Assembly (NCBI GenBank): GCA_031402225.1
Contig: JANNSD010000050.1
Coordinates: 8,405 to 72,404, forward strand
Reading direction: 5' to 3'
Length of the DNA: 64,000 nt
From: Gemmatimonadota bacterium
GTDB lineage: Bacteria > Gemmatimonadota > Gemmatimonadetes > Gemmatimonadales > GWC2-71-9
In this document: one piece after another, positions 57,857-64,000 of the stretch
Layout of the letters: the number at the start of each line of letters is the position of its first letter
Numbering within the stretch: the first letter of the stretch is position 1
Notes under the pieces: generated by a model
Database searches by the model: none
The model's input: only the letters and a program-made list of their open reading frames with translations
Told to the model about the DNA's origin: nothing
Made by a program: the position numbers and the translations under genes

Positions 57857-58643
57857 GGAACTCTTCCTGCACCGACCCCCGGCACGACACTTGTCGTACC
57901 TGCTGCTCGCCCTCGCAGGCACGACCATGCCGGCGCTCGCCGCGGCCCAGGATTCCACCGAAACAACCGTCCCGCGTACGGTCGCCAAGCCCCATGCCAT
58001 CAAGTGGTGGGAAGTGGGCGCGGTCGTTGGCGCCGGCCTGCTCACCATGGCGGTGGTGGATGGTCCGGTCCAGGAATGGTCGTCCGATCCCACGCACGGC
58101 AGCCAGACCGCCGACGACTTCTCCACCGCGTTCAGGTATTTCGGTCAGTGGCAGGTCGTTGCGCCGGTCACCGGCGGGCTGATCATTGCGGGCCTGGCGG
58201 CGAAGAAGCCGGGGCTTGTTCACAGCGGCCTCCGGGTGGGTGCCTCGGTCCTCCTCGCCGGCACGCTGACGGGGGTGTTCAAGTATTCCCTTGGCCGTGT
58301 GCGGCCGTACGACACCAACGAGGTCTGGGACTACCAGCCGTTCAGCGGCAATACCTCGATGTGGTCAGGGCACACCGTGCTGGCGTTCTCCTTCGCCACG
58401 GCGCTCGCCCAGGAAATCCACCGCACCTGGGCTACCGTGGGTCTCTACACGCTCGCCACCGGCACCGCGTGGTCGCGCGTGTACGACAACCAGCATTGGG
58501 TGAGCGACGTGGTCATCGGGGCGGCGGTAGGCATCGCATCGGCCAAGCTTGCGACGGGGCGCTGGACCATCTTCGGGCTGCGGGCACCCGTGCCACTCGC
58601 GACGCCGGACGGACTCGGCCTGATGTGGCACGGGACATTCTGA
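57831..58643 (+). CDS. PAP2-family phosphatase (membrane/periplasmic)
   Basis: Acid-phosphatase motifs KYSLGRVRPY, SGHT and SRVYDNQHWVSDV. The start is uncertain: ATG 57831 overlaps the dnaE2 end, while TTG 57891 would give a cleaner signal peptide. Confidence 0.8.
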   Translation: MPADTIFIEELFLHRPPARHLSYLLLALAGTTMPALAAAQDSTETTVPRTVAKPHAIKWWEVGAVVGAGLLTMAVVDGPVQEWSSDPTHGSQTADDFSTAFRYFGQWQVVAPVTGGLIIAGLAAKKPGLVHSGLRVGASVLLAGTLTGVFKYSLGRVRPYDTNEVWDYQPFSGNTSMWSGHTVLAFSFATALAQEIHRTWATVGLYTLATGTAWSRVYDNQHWVSDVVIGAAVGIASAKLATGRWTIFGLRAPVPLATPDGLGLMWHGTF

Positions 58644-58654
58644 CCGGCTGAACG

Positions 58655-59506
58655 CTAGGCCTCCACCCGCCATGGGTGGGTGTACACCGTGTGCGATTCC
58701 TTCCGCGTAAATCCGCAGAGCGTCAGGTTGGCCTGATGCGCCATCCGAACGGCGAGTGCCGTTGCGCCGGACACCGTCACCAGCAGGCTCGCGCCCAGCA
58801 TTGCCGTCTTGTGCACCATCTCGAAGCTGGCACGGCTCGTCACCACCACGAATCCGGCTTGCGGATCGATGCCGCGCGTGAGCACGGCGCCGATGAGCTT
58901 GTCGAGCGCGTTGTGTCGGCCCACGTCCTCGCGCACCAGCGACACGTCGCCGTCGAAGCCGGCCCAGCCGGCGGCGTGCACCGCCCCCGCGGAGCGATTC
59001 AGCTCCTGCTGTGCCACCAGCCCGTCGAGTGCGCGGTGAATGATCGTGCCCGATACCGCCCTGCCTTCGGGCACTTCGGATACCGGGCGCAGTACCGCAT
59101 CCACGCTGTCGCTGCCACAGACACCGCAGCCGGTCCGGCCGGAGAGCCGGCGGGTGCGGCCGTTGATGACCTCCATGCACTCCGGCGCCACCGTGGCCTG
59201 CATCTCCATGCCCCGCTCGTGCGGCACGCACGCAATAGCCAGCATGTCGGCCGACGACCGGATGAGGCCCTCGGTGATGCTGAAGCCCAGGGTGAAGTCG
59301 ATGAGGTTGGTGGGCGTGGCCATCATGACGACATGCGGGATGTCGTTGTACACGATGGTGACCGGCGCTTCCTCGGCCACCAGGTCCTCGCGCTCGGTAC
59401 GGACGCCGCGATCCCAGCGAACCACATGATGCGGAATCAGCGGCTCGGCGGTGCCGAGCCGCAGCAGGGCATCGGGTTGGGTGAGCCAGTCGGTGTGGGC
59501 GTTCAT
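58655..59506 (-). CDS. fdhD: FdhD/NarQ-family sulfurtransferase (formate dehydrogenase accessory protein)
   Basis: 283 aa containing RLSGRTGCGVCGSDS, GAVHAAGW and VREDVGRHNALDKLIGA, the canonical FdhD sequence. Confidence 0.9.
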   Translation of the reverse strand: MNAHTDWLTQPDALLRLGTAEPLIPHHVVRWDRGVRTEREDLVAEEAPVTIVYNDIPHVVMMATPTNLIDFTLGFSITEGLIRSSADMLAIACVPHERGMEMQATVAPECMEVINGRTRRLSGRTGCGVCGSDSVDAVLRPVSEVPEGRAVSGTIIHRALDGLVAQQELNRSAGAVHAAGWAGFDGDVSLVREDVGRHNALDKLIGAVLTRGIDPQAGFVVVTSRASFEMVHKTAMLGASLLVTVSGATALAVRMAHQANLTLCGFTRKESHTVYTHPWRVEA

Positions 59507-59566
59507 GCTCTTCTCCTTCCCCTGAATCCTAACCGGGGTCGAGAAGGCGCCGAGTCCGGAACGAAC

Positions 59567-59592
59567 AACGCCCCTGCCGAAGCAGGGGCGTT
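59567..59592 (-). terminator. Perfect 11-bp hairpin (AACGCCCCTGC cgaa GCAGGGGCGTT) downstream of the lipoprotein gene
   Basis: Perfect GC-rich stem with a tetraloop, 32 nt after the stop at 59624. On the minus strand it is followed by GTTCGTTCC, a weak U-tract. Confidence 0.55.
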
Positions 59593-59623
59593 GGCTCTTG
59601 GCCTCTGGGTCAACGCGCTGTGT

Positions 59624-60106
59624 CTAGTCTTCTTCCGGGAACGTCGTGTCAACGTCGACGAAACCGATCACGCCAGATGTCGGCGTGGCGATCACGCGCT
59701 GGACGGCCCGGCAGGAGGTCTGCCCGCCGACCGGGGGGCACGGGTTGTCGACAATCCAGCGACCAGGGCTCACCACCCCGGTCCCGGGCACCGTGACCCT
59801 TGTGTTCTCGAGGGCGCCAGGAAGATTCAGGCTGAAAGAGACCTCCTGTCCAACAGCCGGCTCTCCATCCGGGAACTCGACAAAGAAGGCCGGATCCGGG
59901 GTTACCACGGCAACGACGAAGTCGGTGCCATCGATATTGACGACTCGCTGCTCAATGGTGTATTCGAGTTCCAACGCGGTCACGGTCACCGCGGTCGACG
60001 GCGGCGGCGGCGTCAGCGGCGTACCCGTCGTGTTGTCTTCGCAGGAGGCAAGAAGGCCCACGGCCGCGAATGCAACCAGAGATCGACTGACGATTCGATG
60101 AAGCAT
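59624..60106 (-). CDS. Lipoprotein, unknown function
   Basis: Internal start MLHRIVSRSLVAFAAVGLLASC (lipobox) at 60106. The longer track ORF (to 60412) is not protein-like upstream of it. Confidence 0.65.
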   Translation of the reverse strand: MLHRIVSRSLVAFAAVGLLASCEDNTTGTPLTPPPPSTAVTVTALELEYTIEQRVVNIDGTDFVVAVVTPDPAFFVEFPDGEPAVGQEVSFSLNLPGALENTRVTVPGTGVVSPGRWIVDNPCPPVGGQTSCRAVQRVIATPTSGVIGFVDVDTTFPEED

Positions 60107-60494
60107 GCTCGGTTCTCCCTCATTGGGTAAGACGATCCCGCGAGTCAGGCAGCCCGCCGATCCGTGGGTCGATTTGGAGGCCGGGCCGGGAACGCAGCGT
60201 GCGACAATCCCGTCGGCATCACGCGAAAGTTGTTCTGTGACGAACAGAAATCTGTTGTTGGACCGGGTTGGATACTGACAAGCTACCGCCCGGGTACAGG
60301 CACCGCAAGACGGGAGCATGGGAGCGAAAGCTTCAGTTCGCAACGGCTTGGCTCGGCAGGCCGCAGTCACATTCACCGCACGAGGCCCCTCGTGCGTTCC
60401 AACTAGCAACACTCAACATGAGGCGGCGATCGTTGCTGAGGCAGCGCAGGGTGAAGTACCTTTGCCGGCACTGCATCAGGGCCGGCAACACCCC

Positions 60495-60565
<71 letters not shown>

Positions 60566-60847
60566 CCCCAGAAGAAGATCCGTAACTCGCGACCCACGCG
60601 TCACTTACGTGAGCCGCTGCGCTCGCTCCGCGAGACGCATCGGCGACGTTATTCAGCCCGCCTGCTTCCCATTGCTTCCCATTGGTGGCACCGCCTCGAG
60701 GGTGCTTCCCGAGCCGCCCGGCCTGCAGCTACCATGGGCGATCCTGCCACCAACTCCGGCCGGCTCCAGCCCCCCCCCCGGCGTGGCCTCCTTCGCTCGG
60801 CGGACGCGGCCGGGTAGGGTGTCCCGACCCTCACCTCTGGATGCTGC

Positions 60848-61144
60848 ATGCCGAAGATTATTGACCCCGCCGTCCGCGCCGAGGCGCTGCGCCTCCGCCT
60901 TGAGGAGCGGCTGAGTTTGAAAGAGATTCAGGCGCGCCTCGCACAGCCTGTCGCCAAAGGCACCCTGTCGATCTGGCTCCGGGCGCACCCCCTGACGGAG
61001 CAGGAACGGCTGGTCCGGGCGCGGGCCGGTGTCGAACGGACACGGGCCTGGTTGGCGGAGGATCCGGCGAGGCGCCGAGCGATCTATGAGAAGCGCCGGG
61101 TCAACCGTTATTGGAGACTCGGACTTGGCCGGAGAAGTGAGTAG
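60848..61144 (+). CDS. Small HTH protein resembling an IS-transposase/recombinase N-terminal DNA-binding domain
   Basis: 98 aa. RAEALRLRLEERLSLKEIQARLAQPVAKGTLSIWLRAH looks like the HTH_23/28-type N-terminus of IS630/IS3-family transposases. No catalytic domain follows it. Confidence 0.5.
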   Translation: MPKIIDPAVRAEALRLRLEERLSLKEIQARLAQPVAKGTLSIWLRAHPLTEQERLVRARAGVERTRAWLAEDPARRRAIYEKRRVNRYWRLGLGRRSE

Positions 61145-61531
61145 CGGAGCGGGCATGCGTGGTGGAGCAATCGTGCGCGGAGCGGGCCACGGGGCGGCTC
61201 TCTTGCTGGCCACTGCAGGCGTTCATCGAATGCGAGTTCCACAAGTGAATGGCTGACCGCGCTCGAGAGTGACCTCAGAGCATCCACCAGTCGCTATTCT
61301 AGATCAATACTGCCTCGGGGGCGTCCCACAGGCGGGTTAATGAATTCATGGCTCGGCGCTCCGTACTTTGGGGCTTCTCGGCGTCTCGTCCGCTGATTGC
61401 GGGGACCCCGCCTGATTACGCGCTTGCCACCGCTTCCCGGCGTCCGCGTCAATTCGGATGTAAGCCTCTCTCGCCAATCAGCCTTCCCATTCTCGGTTGG
61501 CGGCCACGCGCTACAACAGCGCTACGGTGGT

Positions 61532-61549
61532 ATAGGTCGATCGACCTAT
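61532..61549. repeat. Perfect 18-nt palindrome ATAGGTCGATCGACCTAT
   Basis: Read directly from the sequence. It lies about 40 nt upstream of where similarity to sigma54 activators begins. Confidence 0.9.
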
Positions 61550-61587
61550 GCCAAGCGCCGTCCTCGTATGTCTTCTTGTGCCTGCTT

Positions 61588-62040
61588 GCGCGAAGGCCCC
61601 GCGAGAGGCTGTTGACGAATCACTATCTCGGCCTCCTGGGCCTGGGTCCGCTGGCTTCGGGGTGCGAGCGCATCCTGCTGTCCCATCGCTGGCCGGGGAA
61701 TGTTCGCGAACTCAAGCTCGCGGTAGCCCGTGCCGCCTTTCTCGCGGCGGGAGCCCAGCCGGATGCCGAGGCAATCGTGGAGGCCGCTCGCGTCCTGATT
61801 CCGCTGGGGGGGAGCACGAGGCCGCCGGTGATGCAGAGTCTCCAGGCGGCCACGCGGGACCATGTCCTGGCGGTGCTGGCGTCGTGCGGCGGGGATGCGC
61901 CGGCGGCGGCACGCATCCTGGGAGTGTCGAAGGCGACCGTCTACCGGCAAGTTCGCGAGGCGCGGGCGCTCATGCTGGCGCCGTCGCCAGTTTCACTGAT
62001 GCAACTCCAGTCTCACGGCGGTGAGACTGGGCGGGTGTGA
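61588..62040 (+). pseudogene. 3' fragment of a sigma54-dependent (NtrC/Fis-family) activator gene
   Basis: Only the end of the AAA+ module (LLSHRWPGNVRELKLAV) and the HTH_8 (GGDAPAAARILGVSKATVYRQVRE) are present. Walker A/B and GAFTGA are absent upstream, where the frame reads as non-homologous sequence. Confidence 0.6.
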
Positions 62041-62150
62041 TGGTCGCGCGATCGCGGCGTAACTCCAATGACAACTGCGGGTTGGTGTGACCGGGGTTCT
62101 TGGCATCGGCGGTGCCTTAGGGGGAAGCATCCCTCTTCGGAGTCGTGCGC

Positions 62151-64000
62151 ATGCATCGTCGCTGGTTTGCCTACGTGGGGCTGGTGTTCGGCTTTGTTCT
62201 CTCGGTGACTATGGGGCAGCGGCTGGAGGCGCAAACGATCACGCCGCTGTGCGTGAGTGGGTGCGTCACGGACTATCAAGTGACGGTAACGCCCGACGGC
62301 ACTAACGCAGGCAACAAGACGCTCAGTACGTCGGGCTACACAGCCGTGTTCACCGTGAAGAACACGGGTGCTTTGGCGGACACGTATAGCCTGAACTGCA
62401 TCAACCCGATTCTCACGATCTGCGGCGGGGTCAGTCCCAGCTCGGTCTCGCTGGCGAGTGGTGCCACCGCCAACGTGACGCTGACCTATAGTACCGGCGC
62501 CGTCCTCGGAGCGGGCCAGGTGAAGCTCAAGGCCACGAGCACTCTTAACGACAACTTCGACTCCGGCTACTACACGCTGACCGTCACGGGCACTTATCCG
62601 CAAGGTCCTCCGGGACTTGCAGCACTTCCGCGCAACCGGCCGGATCAACTGGAGCGGGGGCTTTGTCTGACGGCGGGAGCCGGCGAGGCGGCGTGGCAGT
62701 GTGGGGACCTGATCGTGGCGCACGCGATGCCGGCCTACCGGACCCTGGGTCGCGACCGGAGCCTGGCGCTGGTGTACAACAGCGCCACCGCGGCGCCCCG
62801 ACCCACTGTGGCAGTGACAGTGACGGCCCCGGCCGGAATCCTGACGCCGCCCAGCGTGGTGGCCGAGCTGTCCGTCGGACCCAGCGGCGGCAGCCAGACG
62901 CTCCGGGCGAGTGCCACATTCAACGCCTGGGGCACCGGCGCCAGCGCCGTGGCCCGGCAGATCGCGCTGAGCTACGACGCCTCGAATGCACTAGTCAATC
63001 CCACCGGGATCTATGACTACACCCTGGTCGTCAAAAACAACTACGCGACGGCCCAGTCGGCAACGATGACCGGAAAGCTGATCGTGGTGAATCGGTCGGG
63101 GTCGCGGTTCGGCCAGGGCTGGGCGTTGGCAGGCGTGGAGCGGATCTATCCCGCTGGGACTGGGCCGATTCTGTGGGTCGCGGGCGATGGCTCTGCCCGG
63201 ATCTACACGCCAGTCACGACGAACGTCTGGGTGGCCCCCGCGGCCGCCTACCGCGACACGCTCCGCTACTCGACGGGGACGACCCAGTACACCCGCACCC
63301 TCCGGCACGGCGTCACGGTCACGTATGACGCCACCGGCCGGCATATCACCACCACGAACCGCGTCACCCAGCCCACGACGTTCACCTGGGGCGGGACGGG
63401 CGACTCCCTCGTCAGCATCGCGGTGCCGCCGGTCGGCGTGGGCGGCAGCTATCAGATCGTCTATGACGGTACCACGTCGGGCAAGGTAGACAAGTTGCGC
63501 GATCCCGGCCCGAGCGGTGGCCGCGCCCTGGACCTCACGGTCAACACCACCACGGGGCAGTTGACCGGCATCCTGGACCCCGACAGCAGGAGCGTGGGCT
63601 TCGGCTATGACGCCACCACGAAGGCGATGACGAGCCGGACCAACCGGCAGAACTATGCAACGACGTTCTGGTACGGGCCCAGTCTCAAGGTGGACAGTGT
63701 GCGCGTGCCCTACGGCGCGAGCGGTGGGTCCATCGCCAGCACCGTCTTTCAGCCGTGGGACGAGAAGGGCCTCGCTGTCGGCACCGGGAACACCGGCAAG
63801 GTGGCCGTTGACACCGGCTCGGTGCTTACCACGATCTTCGGGCCTCGGGGTCCCAGCATCGCCGACGACGCCACAATCTCCGTTGACCGCTGGGGGGCGC
63901 CCACCAAAACAATCAATGCGTTGGGCACGGTGACGACTGTTGAGCGGGCCGATACGGCAAGACCAGCCCTGGTCACCAAGATGACCTATGCGACGGGGCG
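62151..64000 (+). CDS. Rhs/YD-repeat family protein, N-terminal 617 codons (continues beyond the window)
   Basis: I translated this frame by hand and found it open from ATG 62151 to the window end. Signal peptide MHRRWFAYVGLVFGFVLSVTMGQRLEAQ, an Ig-like N-domain, then YD-type repeats (VTVTYDATGRHITTTN, IVYDGTTSGKVDKLRDP, VGFGYDATTKAMTSRTN, ISVDRWGAPTKTINALG). It is missing from the ORF track because it has no stop in the window. Confidence 0.85.
   Translation, partial: MHRRWFAYVGLVFGFVLSVTMGQRLEAQTITPLCVSGCVTDYQVTVTPDGTNAGNKTLSTSGYTAVFTVKNTGALADTYSLNCINPILTICGGVSPSSVSLASGATANVTLTYSTGAVLGAGQVKLKATSTLNDNFDSGYYTLTVTGTYPQGPPGLAALPRNRPDQLERGLCLTAGAGEAAWQCGDLIVAHAMPAYRTLGRDRSLALVYNSATAAPRPTVAVTVTAPAGILTPPSVVAELSVGPSGGSQTLRASATFNAWGTGASAVARQIALSYDASNALVNPTGIYDYTLVVKNNYATAQSATMTGKLIVVNRSGSRFGQGWALAGVERIYPAGTGPILWVAGDGSARIYTPVTTNVWVAPAAAYRDTLRYSTGTTQYTRTLRHGVTVTYDATGRHITTTNRVTQPTTFTWGGTGDSLVSIAVPPVGVGGSYQIVYDGTTSGKVDKLRDPGPSGGRALDLTVNTTTGQLTGILDPDSRSVGFGYDATTKAMTSRTNRQNYATTFWYGPSLKVDSVRVPYGASGGSIASTVFQPWDEKGLAVGTGNTGKVAVDTGSVLTTIFGPRGPSIADDATISVDRWGAPTKTINALGTVTTVERADTARPALVTKMTYATG

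Overview
This is a high-GC (about 68-70%) bacterial chromosomal window. It is densely coded, with many 1-4 nt start/stop overlaps between neighbouring genes. The gene repertoire resembles Gemmatimonadota or Acidobacteriota, but that is my impression only and cannot be checked here.

Main blocks, in order:
- A nitrous-oxide reductase accessory cluster, nosL-nosD-nosF-nosY, followed by a polytopic membrane protein and a DUF2249 protein. nosZ is not in the window.
- A TPP riboswitch and thiC.
- A histidine kinase, NarL-type regulator and flavoprotein operon.
- potABCD.
- An RND efflux operon (pump, outer-membrane factor, membrane fusion protein) coupled to two putative zinc peptidases.
- bcp and lepB.
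- A solute-binding protein gene coupled to a chemoreceptor gene.
- lemA and an htpX-like gene, an HD-GYP regulator, and glnA.
- The SOS mutagenesis cassette imuA-imuB-dnaE2.
- tRNA-Cys followed by a lower-GC islet with an HTH remnant, a truncated sigma54 activator and a large Rhs/YD-repeat gene. That gene runs off the window end and is therefore missing from the ORF track.

The most unusual observation is two families of short tandem-unit repeats. One is a heptamer, GACTCAC. The other is a 32-nt module built from octamers, YTGCCGCC. Near-identical copies sit in frame inside imuB and dnaE2, and the heptamer also forms the hairpin between htpX and the HD-GYP gene.

Other items worth a second look:
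- a roughly 620-nt non-coding spacer with strong hairpins;
- an aberrant tRNA-Cys acceptor end at the islet border;
- a direct-repeat operator candidate upstream of imuA.

No CRISPR array, rRNA or intact transposase was seen.
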